Shown here piece after piece: positions 16,651-25,483 of a stretch of 64,000 nt of DNA. The position numbers were made by a program, and so were the translations under genes. The stretch spans positions 5,337-69,336 of the forward strand of contig CAVSAI010000031.1 in assembly GCA_963725825.1 (NCBI GenBank), given 5' to 3'. Position 1 is the stretch's first letter. Each line of letters begins with the position of its first letter. Origin of the DNA: Candidatus Aminicenantes bacterium (GTDB lineage Bacteria > Acidobacteriota > Aminicenantia > Aminicenantales > Saccharicenantaceae). The notes beneath the pieces were generated by a model. It saw only the letters and a program-made list of their open reading frames with translations. It was not told the origin of the DNA and made no database searches.

Positions 16651-17760
16651 CTATTTTCGGCCCTTCAGCGCGTCGAGGAAAGGCTGCTTGAGGCTGTTCG
16701 AGGAGAAATAAACCACGCCGTCGGCCTTGAGGGCCTTGCTCAGGCGCATCTGTTCGATCATCCCTTCGGGCGTGTTTTGGTTGTGCGAGGTGCCGATGCC
16801 GATCCCCGGGCAGACCAGCGTCTTGCCCTTTCCGTAGCCGACCGCCTCGCGCGCGAGCCTCTCGTAGAGCTTGGCGTCGTTCGTGTAGAGCATCGGGTTG
16901 AGCATGTCGACGAGCCCGTCGCGGCCCCACTCGGCCCAATCCTGGCCGATCATGACCCGGGCGTTCACGGCGTCGGGGAAGACGGCGGCGCTGATCTTGA
17001 CCCTGCGGCCCGTCGTCTTGAGGGCGTCCTTGAGCTCCCGGACGAAGACCGTCACACGGTCCGTGTTCCAGCGGAGCCACACGTTCCAAGCGGGGTTGCC
17101 CGTGTCGCGGGCCTTGACCGCGGCCATGTCGATCCCCGTGTCCGATTTGAACAACTTGAGCGTCTCCGCGTCAAAGCTGAAGAAGGGCTCGGTCGGCTCA
17201 CAGGGATAGCGGATATAGTCGAGATGGACCCAGCCCACATTGTACTTCAGGACGACTTCGAGCATCAGACTGATCTCGTAGGCCCGGACGGCCGGCAAAG
17301 CCGGATTGGCCGCGGCGACCATCTCCTTCCGCGGGGACGCGATCAGCCATTCGGGATGCTCGCGGACCTGGCCGAGGATGGCGGACTCGGGGAAGACGCA
17401 GAACCAGGGGTGGACCTCCATCTTCCGTTTTTTCGCCTCGGCCAGGAAGACCTCGAAGAAGTCCCAATTCCAGGCCTTGTCGGCGACGCCGATGTCGCTT
17501 GCGTAGTAGACGCGTCCCGATGTGTCCTTGACCAGCATGATCAAGGTGTTGATGCCGGCCGCGGCATATTCGTCGAGGGTCGTTTTTATCTTTTCGACGG
17601 CCGCGGGCTTGTCGGGGCCGAAAAAGCCGGGGTGCATCCAGACGCCGCGCACCGGCATCTTCAATGAGGTTTCGGCGGCACCGCTCGAGCAGGCGGGCCC
17701 GACAGCCAGGACGAGGGTCATGAGGAAGAAGAATAGGATGGCAAGGGCTCGGGATCTCAT
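16651..17760 (-). CDS. glycoside-hydrolase-like (GHL10/DUF187-type) lipoprotein
   Basis: 369 aa. The signal peptide has a lipobox-like LAVGPAC. The block RGVWMHPGFF...INTLIMLVKDTSGRVYY...VHPWF resembles the family-10-like TIM-barrel (YngK-type) proteins. An AAGGAGG SD is present. Confidence 0.6.
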   Translation of the reverse strand: MRSRALAILFFFLMTLVLAVGPACSSGAAETSLKMPVRGVWMHPGFFGPDKPAAVEKIKTTLDEYAAAGINTLIMLVKDTSGRVYYASDIGVADKAWNWDFFEVFLAEAKKRKMEVHPWFCVFPESAILGQVREHPEWLIASPRKEMVAAANPALPAVRAYEISLMLEVVLKYNVGWVHLDYIRYPCEPTEPFFSFDAETLKLFKSDTGIDMAAVKARDTGNPAWNVWLRWNTDRVTVFVRELKDALKTTGRRVKISAAVFPDAVNARVMIGQDWAEWGRDGLVDMLNPMLYTNDAKLYERLAREAVGYGKGKTLVCPGIGIGTSHNQNTPEGMIEQMRLSKALKADGVVYFSSNSLKQPFLDALKGRK

Positions 17761-17865
17761 CGAAGACCTCCTTGGGCGATCTTACGGACATGATCGGGGA
17801 GACGGTCAGTCCTGATATAGCAGATGAACGGCGGTCGAGTCAAAGTCGAGGGGATCCGGCGGCCC

Positions 17866-19434
17866 TCAGCGGCGGGGCTTGCCGTGGCCGCCGCCGCCCG
17901 GCGTCTCGATCCTGAGGATATCGCCCGGCCCGAGCTTGACGTTGAGCTTCGAGCCCACGACCGTGGTCCGGCCCTTCGACAGGATCGAGTTCCGGCCCTT
18001 CGCCCCTGGGCAGCCGCCGCACGCTCCATAGGGGGCGAATCGCCGCCGCTCGGAGATGACCGTCAAGTCGACCGGCACGCCGAATTCATATTCACGGACG
18101 ATGCCTTCGCCGCCGCGCCGGGCCCCGCGGCCGCCCGAGCCCTTCCTCAGACGGTAAGCCCGGATCTTCAGGGGCAAGTGATTCTCGAGGGCCTCGACCG
18201 GGGTGTTGAGCGAATTTGTCATGTGGGTGTGGACGCCGTCGAGCCCCGCGGCCCGAGAGCCCGCGCCCATGCCGCCGCCGATCGTCTCGTAATAGGCGAA
18301 ATGGCGCTTCCTTTCCGGGTCGTAGCCGCCGAAAGCGACGTTGTTCATCGTCCCCTGGCTCGCGGCCGGAATGCGACCGGGGAGGGCCTTGGCCAGGGCG
18401 CCGAGAAGAACGTCGACGATTCGCTGGGACGTCTCGACGTTGCCGCCGGCGCAGGCCGCCGGGAACTGGGCGTTGACGATGGACCCCTTCGGCGCGCGGA
18501 TCTCCAGCGGCCGCATCAGGCCGGTATTGAAGGGGATGTCCTCTTCGACGAGGGAACGGAAGACGTAGAGCACGGCCGAACACGTGATGGCGAAGTTGGC
18601 GTTGACCCCGCCGGACGTCTGCGGGGCGGAACCCGCGAAATCGACGACCGCCCGGTCGCCGCGGACCGTGATCCGGACCGCGATGAGGATGGGCCGGTCC
18701 GAAATGCCGTCGTCGTCGAGGTGGTCGGCGAACTTGTATTCGCCGTCGGGGATGTCGCGGAGAGTCCGCCGCAGGAACTTCTCAGAGTAGTCCTGGATGA
18801 GGCCGGCGTAGAGGCGGACCTTTCCGGCGCCGAGCCGGCCGACGGCCCCCTCGAGCCGCGCCCGGCCGATCTGGTTGGCCGCCACCTGCGCCAGCAGGTC
18901 GCCGCGGCGCTCGTCCGGCGTCCTGACGTTCGCGAGCAGAAGGTCGAAGACATCCTTGTTCAGGCGTCCGCGCGAATAGAGCTTGAGCGGGGGGATGATC
19001 AGGCCTTCCTGGAAGAGCTCGGTCGCCAAGGGCATGGATCCCGGGGTCATCCCGCCGACGTCGGAATGATGGGCCCGGTTGGCCACGAAAAAGGCCAGCC
19101 GGCCGCCGAGAAAGACGGGAGAGATGCAGGTGATGTCGGGGAGGTGCGTCCCGCCCCGATAGGGATCGTTGAGGATGACGAGATCGCCCTTTTCGAAAGT
19201 CACGGCCCCGAGCGCGGCCTGCACCGAGAGCGGCATGGCCCCAAGGTGGACGGGGATGTGCGAGCCCTGGGCCAGGGTCCCGCCGTCCCGGTTGAACAGG
19301 GCGCAAGAGAAATCCTTTCTCTCCTTGATGTTGGGGGAGAGTGCGGTCCGGCCGAGAACGGCGGCCATCTCCTCGGAAATGGCGACAAAGGCGTTCTTGA
19401 AGAGTTCGAGCTCGATCGGATCGACCTTCTTCAT
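17866..19434 (-). CDS. hyuB: hydantoinase B / 5-oxoprolinase family protein
   Basis: 522 aa. MKKVDPIELELFKNAFVAISEEM and NDPYRGGTHLPD are typical HyuB blocks. It overlaps hyuA by 4 nt. Confidence 0.85.
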   Translation of the reverse strand: MKKVDPIELELFKNAFVAISEEMAAVLGRTALSPNIKERKDFSCALFNRDGGTLAQGSHIPVHLGAMPLSVQAALGAVTFEKGDLVILNDPYRGGTHLPDITCISPVFLGGRLAFFVANRAHHSDVGGMTPGSMPLATELFQEGLIIPPLKLYSRGRLNKDVFDLLLANVRTPDERRGDLLAQVAANQIGRARLEGAVGRLGAGKVRLYAGLIQDYSEKFLRRTLRDIPDGEYKFADHLDDDGISDRPILIAVRITVRGDRAVVDFAGSAPQTSGGVNANFAITCSAVLYVFRSLVEEDIPFNTGLMRPLEIRAPKGSIVNAQFPAACAGGNVETSQRIVDVLLGALAKALPGRIPAASQGTMNNVAFGGYDPERKRHFAYYETIGGGMGAGSRAAGLDGVHTHMTNSLNTPVEALENHLPLKIRAYRLRKGSGGRGARRGGEGIVREYEFGVPVDLTVISERRRFAPYGACGGCPGAKGRNSILSKGRTTVVGSKLNVKLGPGDILRIETPGGGGHGKPRR

Positions 19435-21452
19435 CGGGGGCCCGCCTTGCGGATGACGAGATTGAGGTAAGGGTCGATTATGGCTTTGAATCCTGGCGGG
19501 AGATAGGTCGTCGACTCCGGGTCGATGACGAGGGCCGGTCCGGCGATGATGTTGCCGGAGCCAAGCTTCGACCTGTCGTAAACCGCGCCCTTGCGCACAG
19601 ACCGGCCGGTATGGATCGCCTGCTTCTTGACGAGTGCCGTAGGGTCCAAGGACCCGGCCATCGGCTCGCGGCCGAGCGGGGTCTTCGGGCTGACGGCGAC
19701 GGCCTTGACGCGGAGGTTGACGATCTCGACCGGCCGGCGGTCGTGACGGTAGGAATAGAGGCGCTTGTGCCTGTCATGGAAGCTTTCGAGGAAGGCCTGC
19801 CCGGGCGTCCTTGCCTTCCGGTACGGAACGTCGATCTCGTAGGACTGGCCGGCGTAGCGGCAGTCGAGCGACCTCTCGAGAAGGAGCGTCGCGACGGGCA
19901 AGCCGTCCTCGGCCATGTCCCGGCGGGCCCTCCTCTCGAGCTTCCGGAATTCGACCTCGAGCCGGGGCAGGCTGATCTGGGCGTCCGTTTTCATGAGGGA
20001 CTTGCTGTAGTCCTTGACCGGGTCCGACTCGAGCAGCCCAAAGGCCGAAAGCACCCCGGCATTGCGCGGCACGAGGACCTTGGGCATGCCGAGATGGGAG
20101 GCCATCTCGACCGCGTGCATCCCGCCCGCTCCGCCGAAGGAGAAGAGAGCGAAGGCGCGGGGATCGATGCCGCGCTCGACGGAGATGACGCGGATGGCCT
20201 TCTCCATGTTGGCGTTGGCGATGGCGACGACGCCGAGCGCCGTCTCGACCATCGACTTCCCGATCGAGCGTCCCAACCGCGAGACGGCCGTCGCGCTCCG
20301 TTCCGGAAAGATCTTCATCCGGCCGCCCAGGAAGAAATCCGGGTCCAGGCGCCCGAGGCAGAGGTTGGCGTCGGTCACGGTGGGGAGATCGCCCTTGCCG
20401 TAGCAGGCCGGGCCGGGATCGGCGCCGGCGCTCCTCGGGCCGACCCTGAGCGAGCCGCCGCGGTCGGCATAGGCGATGGAGCCGCCACCGGCCCCGACCG
20501 AGTGGATGTCGATGATGGGCAAGCGGATGGGGAAGTCGCCGACCCGGCTTTCGTGGGTCCGCCGAATGCCGCCCTCGATGAGGGACACGTCCGTCGAGGT
20601 GCCGCCCATGTCAAAGCTAACCACGTTGGCGAGGCCCGCCGCCTTGGCCAGGATGCGGGCCCCGACGACCCCTCCGGCCGGTCCCGAAAGTGCTGTCCTG
20701 ATGGGCTCGACCCGCGCGCGGGACGGCGAAATATAGCCTTCGTTCGACTGCATGATGCGCAAGTCGGCCCGTCCGATGCGCCGATCGAGCTCGCCGAGGT
20801 AGCGGTCCATGACCGGCATGAGGTAAGTGTTGACTGCCGTCGTCGACGTCCTTTCGAACTCGCGGTGCTCGGGAAGGAGACGATTCGATATGGTAAAGAG
20901 AAGGCCAGACCGCTCGAGCTCAGCCGCCACGATCTCCTCGTTCTCGGGGTTGGCGTAGGAATGGAGAAGGCAGACGGCAACAGCCTCTGCGCCGGTCTTC
21001 CTTATCTTTTCGATGAGCCGGCGGACCTCGGCCCGGCTGACCGGCTTTTCGATCCGTCCCGAGGCCAGCGTCCTTTCCTTCAGACCGAACCTGAGTGCGG
21101 CCGCGATGAGCTCGAACCGGCTCTCGGGTTGGAGGGCATATAGGTCCCGCCGGGACTGACGGCCGATGGCCAGGACGTCCTCGAAGCCGGCCGTGGTGAT
21201 CAGCGCGATGCGACCGCCTTTCCGTTGGAGCAGGGCATTGGTTGCCACGGTCGTGCCGTGAACGATGAAGACAGATGGGAAGTCCTCCAAAATGTCGCCG
21301 ACACCTTCGATGATCGCCAGCGACGGGTCTTGCGGGGTCGAGAGGACTTTTCGATTGACGAGCCGGCCGTCCCGCCAGATGACGAAATCGGTGAAGGTTC
21401 CGCCGGTATCCACGCCGACGCGGACTATTGCGGGTTTTGAACGGCGCTCCAT
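19431..21452 (-). CDS. hyuA: hydantoinase A / 5-oxoprolinase family protein
   Basis: 673 aa. It has VGVDTGGTFTDFV (ASKHA-type phosphate loop) and FDMGGTSTDVSL. Confidence 0.85.
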   Translation of the reverse strand: MERRSKPAIVRVGVDTGGTFTDFVIWRDGRLVNRKVLSTPQDPSLAIIEGVGDILEDFPSVFIVHGTTVATNALLQRKGGRIALITTAGFEDVLAIGRQSRRDLYALQPESRFELIAAALRFGLKERTLASGRIEKPVSRAEVRRLIEKIRKTGAEAVAVCLLHSYANPENEEIVAAELERSGLLFTISNRLLPEHREFERTSTTAVNTYLMPVMDRYLGELDRRIGRADLRIMQSNEGYISPSRARVEPIRTALSGPAGGVVGARILAKAAGLANVVSFDMGGTSTDVSLIEGGIRRTHESRVGDFPIRLPIIDIHSVGAGGGSIAYADRGGSLRVGPRSAGADPGPACYGKGDLPTVTDANLCLGRLDPDFFLGGRMKIFPERSATAVSRLGRSIGKSMVETALGVVAIANANMEKAIRVISVERGIDPRAFALFSFGGAGGMHAVEMASHLGMPKVLVPRNAGVLSAFGLLESDPVKDYSKSLMKTDAQISLPRLEVEFRKLERRARRDMAEDGLPVATLLLERSLDCRYAGQSYEIDVPYRKARTPGQAFLESFHDRHKRLYSYRHDRRPVEIVNLRVKAVAVSPKTPLGREPMAGSLDPTALVKKQAIHTGRSVRKGAVYDRSKLGSGNIIAGPALVIDPESTTYLPPGFKAIIDPYLNLVIRKAGPR

Positions 21453-21464
21453 GGGCGGTCGACT

Positions 21465-21494
21465 ATTTAAGCGTCAACGCCTTATAGAAGTCAA
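21465..21494 (-). promoter_or_regulatory. promoter candidate for hyuAB with a very short leader
   Basis: The minus strand reads TTGACT (21489-21494), an 18-nt spacer, then TTAAAT (21465-21470), followed by 12 nt with no SD before the hyuA ATG. Confidence 0.35.
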
Positions 21495-21814
21495 GATAGA
21501 GGAGGATTCGAATCAGCAGACATACTCACTTTCCGGCTAAGAAGCTTATGGGCAAAGTGCCCGGCCAGGTAGCCAAGGACCAGCATATAGAGAACACAGG
21601 CGATCATGTAAACATGTAAATAGCCGTCGGCATCTCCCAAGATGACTCCAAAGATGAAGGAATAAAGCAACGCGACAGGAAAGCAAATTAAATCGAGAGG
21701 CTTTGCTAACAACGTATTTGCCCAGGCATTCTGGATTGTGAACGCGCACAGTCCGCCCAAAGCGACCGAACAAATAATTCCTGTCACAACGCGGCGTTTA
21801 TTATTCAAGAACAT
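21491..21814 (-). CDS. hypothetical membrane protein (107 aa, about 3 TM segments), low-GC gene
   Basis: ORF track only. It is hydrophobic (…IICSVALGGLCAF…, …ICFPVALLYSFIFGVIL…, …MIACVLYMLVLGYLAG…). Local GC is about 38-55% against about 65% in the flanks. I recognise no family and see no clear SD. Confidence 0.45.
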   Translation of the reverse strand: MFLNNKRRVVTGIICSVALGGLCAFTIQNAWANTLLAKPLDLICFPVALLYSFIFGVILGDADGYLHVYMIACVLYMLVLGYLAGHFAHKLLSRKVSMSADSNPPLS

Positions 21815-21914
21815 CGGCCCGGGCCATTCGACTACGATAAATAATTGATGCCGAAAAGATATCTCAATTTCCCAGGGAAAACAAGAACGACAAGGGAATA
21901 GGGAGGGAGATAAC

Positions 21915-22133
21915 CTAGTGACAGGTGCTGCAGGATTTGCTCGAGCAGGTAGTGCAGCCCGAAGAAGAGGCCTTGATGCGGCTTGAGCCGCCGCCGATGC
22001 CGAAACAGGAGATCATCTTCTGGACGTCCCCCGACCCGCACTCGGCGCAGACGACGTCCTTCTCTTTGCCTGCGGCGACGAGGCACTCGAACCTCTTACC
22101 GCACTTCTTGCACGAGTACTCATAGAGGGGCAT
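21915..22133 (-). CDS. FmdB-family zinc-ribbon protein
   Basis: MPLYEYSCKKCGKRFECLV...VVCAECGSGDVQKMIS is the CxxC-x(n)-CxxC signature of the FmdB / CxxC_CxxC_SSSS family. It has a Ser/Cys-rich tail. Confidence 0.8.
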   Translation of the reverse strand: MPLYEYSCKKCGKRFECLVAAGKEKDVVCAECGSGDVQKMISCFGIGGGSSRIKASSSGCTTCSSKSCSTCH

Positions 22134-22142
22134 AGCATAGCC

Positions 22143-22171
22143 ATTTTACAGTAACCGTCCCTCCAGGTCTA
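22143..22171 (-). promoter_or_regulatory. promoter candidate giving a (near-)leaderless fmdB-like mRNA
   Basis: The minus strand reads TAGACC (22166-22171), a 17-nt spacer, then TAAAAT (22143-22148), followed by 9 nt with no SD before the ATG at 22133. Confidence 0.4.
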
Positions 22172-22253
22172 CGTCGAAAGGAACTTCAATTGACCGAATC
22201 CACTCGTCTTCCCATCATGGTCAAGGGGGTAATCATAGGAAGGCCGAAATGCG

Positions 22254-22336
22254 CGGCGAGGAGGGCAGTCGAACCCGACATTGGAAAAGTTTAGCCGGGC
22301 AACGTGGCGGACGAGGGCAGTTTCAGGGGAAACCGC
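22254..22336 (-). repeat. 83-nt intergenic module, copy 1 (inverted relative to copy 2 at 63329-63410)
   Basis: The reverse complement reads GGCGGTTTCCCCTGAAACTGCCCTCGTCCGCCACGTTGCCCGGCTAAACTTTTCCAATGTCGGGTTCGACTGCCCTCCTCGCC. About 76 of 83 positions are identical to 63329-63410. Confidence 0.8.
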
Positions 22337-22487
22337 CAAAACGTGTCTGAGCGAGGCGTAGCGCACGCCGAGCGAGTTGTTTTGGCGCCGAGTCCGGCGC
22401 ACTGACCGGCGTCTTCAAACTTTTCCAGGAGGGAGAGACTGTCCTCCGAGCCGCTTCAAGGCCGACCGAACGGCAATTTTTTGGGGG

Positions 22488-22955
22488 CTATTTGACGAGC
22501 GCGATCGCTTCGATCTCCACCTTGACATCGCGCGGCAGCCGGGCGACCTGGACCGCGGCCCGGGCCGGGTTCGGGACCTTGAAGAACTCGGCATAGACGG
22601 CGTTCATCTTGGCGAAGTCGTTCATGTCCTGGAGGAAGACCGTCGTCTTGACGACATCGTCGTAGGACGATCCGGCCGCCTCGAGGACGGCCCCGACGTT
22701 CTTCAGGACCAGGCGGGTCTGATCTTCGATCGTGCCCGTGTTGAGCTCGCCCGTGGCCGGATCGATGGGGATCTGGCCCGAGCAGAAGACGAAGCCGTTG
22801 GCGATGATGCCCTGGGAATAGGGGCCGATGGCCTTCGGCGCCTTGTCAGTTTGAACCTGCTTCTTCATGGTCTTGCTCCTTCCGATGCCGGCGACGGCCC
22901 GCGACGCGAAGGCGGCCACGAGACCCGCGGCGGCTAGAAACTTTCGTCTATTCAC
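22488..22955 (-). CDS. ridA: RidA/YjgF family protein, possibly with a twin-arginine signal peptide (alternative start at 22868 gives a 126-aa cytosolic form)
   Basis: The core [21 protein letters not shown]...VEIEAIA is canonical RidA. The in-frame upstream GTG at 22955 adds [23 protein letters not shown], which matches the RRxFL Tat consensus plus an AxA site. Both starts have SD-like sequences. Confidence 0.7.
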   Translation of the reverse strand: MNRRKFLAAAGLVAAFASRAVAGIGRSKTMKKQVQTDKAPKAIGPYSQGIIANGFVFCSGQIPIDPATGELNTGTIEDQTRLVLKNVGAVLEAAGSSYDDVVKTTVFLQDMNDFAKMNAVYAEFFKVPNPARAAVQVARLPRDVKVEIEAIALVK

Positions 22956-23010
22956 GTTCCCTGCTCCGACAATATGATGAGAACGCTCCTATAGAAACGT
23001 CCCCATTTTT

Positions 23011-24465
23011 TCAGGACGACAGTCCGTCGATGGCCGCCGTGAGGAACGTCCAGAACTTCTCGACCGACCCGATGTGCACGTGTTCCTCGGGCGAGTGGGG
23101 GTTCTTCATGGTCGGCCCGAACGAGATCATGTCCATCCCGGGGAACTTCTCGCCGATGATGCCGCACTCGAGGCCGGCGTGAATAGCCACCACCTCGGCC
23201 CCCTTGCCGAAGGACTTGAGGTAGATCTCCTTCAGCTTCTTGAGAAGAGGGGAGTCGAGGTTGGGCATCCAGCCCGGGTAGCCGTCCTCGAGCTCGGCCT
23301 TGGCGCCGGCGAGCGCGCAAACGGACTTGATGACGTCCCGGGTGGCCTCGAGGGCCGAGGCGACCGAGCTCCTCGTGCTGCACACAACCTCAAAGGACGT
23401 CTTGCCGGTCTTGACGATGGCCAGGTTGGTCGAGGTCTCGGTCAGTCCGGCGATCTCCGGGTGCATGGCGATGACGCCATGTGGCGTGGCCGTGACGAAA
23501 TCGATCAGCGCGCGCTGGCAGTCCTGGGTCAGGGCGAAGTCCCTGCCCTCAGCCGCCTCCATGGTGAAGGCCGCGCCGGGCTCGACGGCTTTGTACTCGA
23601 TCTTGATCTTGTCGAAGGCCTTCTTGACCGCTGTGGCCAGCGTCCGGACCTGGACGGGCGCGCAGGCCAGCAGGGCGACGGCTTCGCGGGGGATGGCGTT
23701 GTGCTTGCTGCCGCCTTCGATGCTGATGATCTCGAATTTGGCCGTGGCCCGAGCCTGGCCGAGCGTGCGGGCCAGCAGCTTGATGGCATTGCCGCGTCCC
23801 TGGTTGATGTCGAGACCGGAATGGCCGCCGCGCATACCGTGGACGCGGAGCTTGTAGAGGTTCTTCGAGGCCGTCTTCTTCCGCTCGATCGGCAGGACAA
23901 GGGTCGAATCGGCCCCGCCGGCGCAGCCGATGGTGAAGGTGCCCTCGTCCTCGCTGTCGAGGTTGAGGAGCATCTTGCCTGCAAGGAAGCCCTTCTGGAT
24001 CTTGTTGGCCCCGGTCAGGCCTGTCTCTTCGTCGACCGTGAAGAGGAACTCGAGGGGGCCATGGACGAGAGTCTTGTCCTCCATGACGGCCAGGGCCGCG
24101 GCCAGGCCGATGCCGTTGTCGGCCCCGAGGGTCGTGCCCTGCGCGTAGACCCATTCGCCCTTGATCTCGGCCTGGATCGGGTCCTTGCAGAAATCGTGGA
24201 CCTTGTCCGAGTTCTTCTCGCAGACCATGTCCAGATGGCCCTGGAGAATGGCGCCCACGGCGCCTTCGCGGCCGGCGGTGGCCGGCTTGCTGACGAGGAC
24301 ATTGCCGACCCTGTCGCGCTTGCCGGGAAGACCGAGCGAAGCGGCGACCGAAAGGACGTAATCCCCCAGGGCCTTCTCGCTGCCCGAACAGTGGGGAATG
24401 GTCAGGATCTTGGCGAAATGCTTCCAAAGAAGCCGGGGGTTGAGCTCATTGAGGGACGAAGCCAT
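23011..24465 (-). CDS. pepD: aminoacyl-histidine dipeptidase (M20C, PepD)
   Basis: In frame within ORF 23011..25068. The ATG at 24465 follows an AAAAGGAGA SD. Blocks: MASSLNELNPRLLWKHFAKILTIPHCSGSE, HLDMV, GTTLGADNGIG and FTVDEETGLTGA. Confidence 0.85.
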   Translation of the reverse strand: MASSLNELNPRLLWKHFAKILTIPHCSGSEKALGDYVLSVAASLGLPGKRDRVGNVLVSKPATAGREGAVGAILQGHLDMVCEKNSDKVHDFCKDPIQAEIKGEWVYAQGTTLGADNGIGLAAALAVMEDKTLVHGPLEFLFTVDEETGLTGANKIQKGFLAGKMLLNLDSEDEGTFTIGCAGGADSTLVLPIERKKTASKNLYKLRVHGMRGGHSGLDINQGRGNAIKLLARTLGQARATAKFEIISIEGGSKHNAIPREAVALLACAPVQVRTLATAVKKAFDKIKIEYKAVEPGAAFTMEAAEGRDFALTQDCQRALIDFVTATPHGVIAMHPEIAGLTETSTNLAIVKTGKTSFEVVCSTRSSVASALEATRDVIKSVCALAGAKAELEDGYPGWMPNLDSPLLKKLKEIYLKSFGKGAEVVAIHAGLECGIIGEKFPGMDMISFGPTMKNPHSPEEHVHIGSVEKFWTFLTAAIDGLSS

Positions 24466-24542
24466 GGGATTCTCCTTTTGGATGGTTGCCGAGACCCGCA
24501 TGATGCCACAAATATCCGGTGGATTCAAGCCGTCCCCTCGGG

Positions 24543-24548
24543 TATAAT
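24543..24548 (+). promoter_or_regulatory. -10 box (TATAAT) 7 nt upstream of the znuA ATG
   Basis: GGTATAATCGGAGCGATG, with no room for an SD. No convincing -35 at 17 nt (TGGATT). Confidence 0.35.
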
Positions 24549-24555
24549 CGGAGCG

Positions 24556-25479
24556 ATGAGAGCCTTTGCGCGCCGCCTCCTCTCCTTCGTCCTCTGTTTG
24601 GCGGCCGGACCGCTCGGGGCGACCGCCGCGCCGGCCAGGATCCGCATCATGGCCACGGTCTTTCCGCTGCGGGAGTTCGCCGCGGCGGTGGTTGGGGAAC
24701 GGGGAGAGGCAACGCTGCTTCTTCCCCCGGGCGCCGGCGTCCACACCTGGCAGCCCCGGCCCGAAGATATCGCCCGGCTGGCCTCGTGCGACCTGCTCCT
24801 TTACATCGGCTCCGGCCTCGAGCCTTGGCTCCCCGATATGCTCAGGGCGTTCCCGGCCGGCCGTATCCCGACCCTCGAGGCGGCCGCCGGACTGGCGATC
24901 CCCGGCCCCGACGAAGACAAGGAGCGGGGACGGGATCACGACCACGCCGCGCTCGATCCCCACGTCTGGCTCGACTTCCGCCTCGATCAGCGCATCGTCG
25001 ACCGGATCGCGGCCGAGCTCGCACGGCTCGATCCTGCGGGAGGCCCCGAGTTCGCCGCGAACGCCCAACGGCTAAAAGACCGTTTGCTGAAGCTCGACGC
25101 CGAGTTCGAGGCCGGCCTCTCCGGCTGCCGCGGCAAGACCATCGTCCTGGCCGGTCATGCCGCTTTCGGCTATCTCGCCAGGCGATACGGCCTCGTCCAA
25201 ACAGCCCTGTACGGGCTCAGCCCGGACGCCCAGCCGAAGCCGAAGGACCTCATGAAGGCCGTCGACTTCTGCCGCTCGAAAGGCATCAAGACGATCTTCT
25301 TCGAGAGCTCGGTCCCCCGCGACCTCTCGGAGACCCTGGCCCGGGAGATCGGAGGACGGGTCCTCCTTCTTCAGGCCGGCCACACTCTCACCCGGGACCA
25401 GCAGGAGAAGAGGATCGGATTTTTCGAGCTCATGGAAGGGAACTTGGCCGCCCTCAGGGAAGGGCTGGGCTGCCGCTGA
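24556..25479 (+). CDS. znuA: zinc ABC transporter substrate-binding protein
   Basis: In frame within ORF 23074..25479, starting at MRAFARRLLSFVLCLAAG (signal peptide). It has the cluster-9 SBP fold pattern and an acidic/His loop DEDKERGRDHDHAALDPHVW. Confidence 0.85.
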   Translation: MRAFARRLLSFVLCLAAGPLGATAAPARIRIMATVFPLREFAAAVVGERGEATLLLPPGAGVHTWQPRPEDIARLASCDLLLYIGSGLEPWLPDMLRAFPAGRIPTLEAAAGLAIPGPDEDKERGRDHDHAALDPHVWLDFRLDQRIVDRIAAELARLDPAGGPEFAANAQRLKDRLLKLDAEFEAGLSGCRGKTIVLAGHAAFGYLARRYGLVQTALYGLSPDAQPKPKDLMKAVDFCRSKGIKTIFFESSVPRDLSETLAREIGGRVLLLQAGHTLTRDQQEKRIGFFELMEGNLAALREGLGCR

Positions 25480-25483
25480 GACC

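Noticed and set aside
22169-22402. 77-aa ORF (minus strand) overlapping repeat copy 1, and the 65-aa ORF 63074..63271 near repeat copy 2, considered as possible coding explanations for the repeat.
   Set aside because: The two ORFs are unrelated to each other in sequence and frame, lack an SD, and are Arg-rich. The nucleotide conservation between copies does not follow a reading frame.
23074-24555. 801-aa track ORF 23074..25479 and 685-aa ORF 23011..25068, which suggest giant overlapping genes.
   Set aside because: Only 24556..25479 (ZnuA, with signal peptide) and 23011..24465 (PepD, with SD) carry family signatures. The remainders are antisense or upstream extensions that happen to be free of stop codons.
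24466-24555. Searched the pepD-znuA divergent region for a Zur/Fur-type palindromic box.
   Set aside because: I saw no AT-rich inverted repeat resembling known Zur or Fur boxes. Only a TATAAT next to the znuA start is evident.
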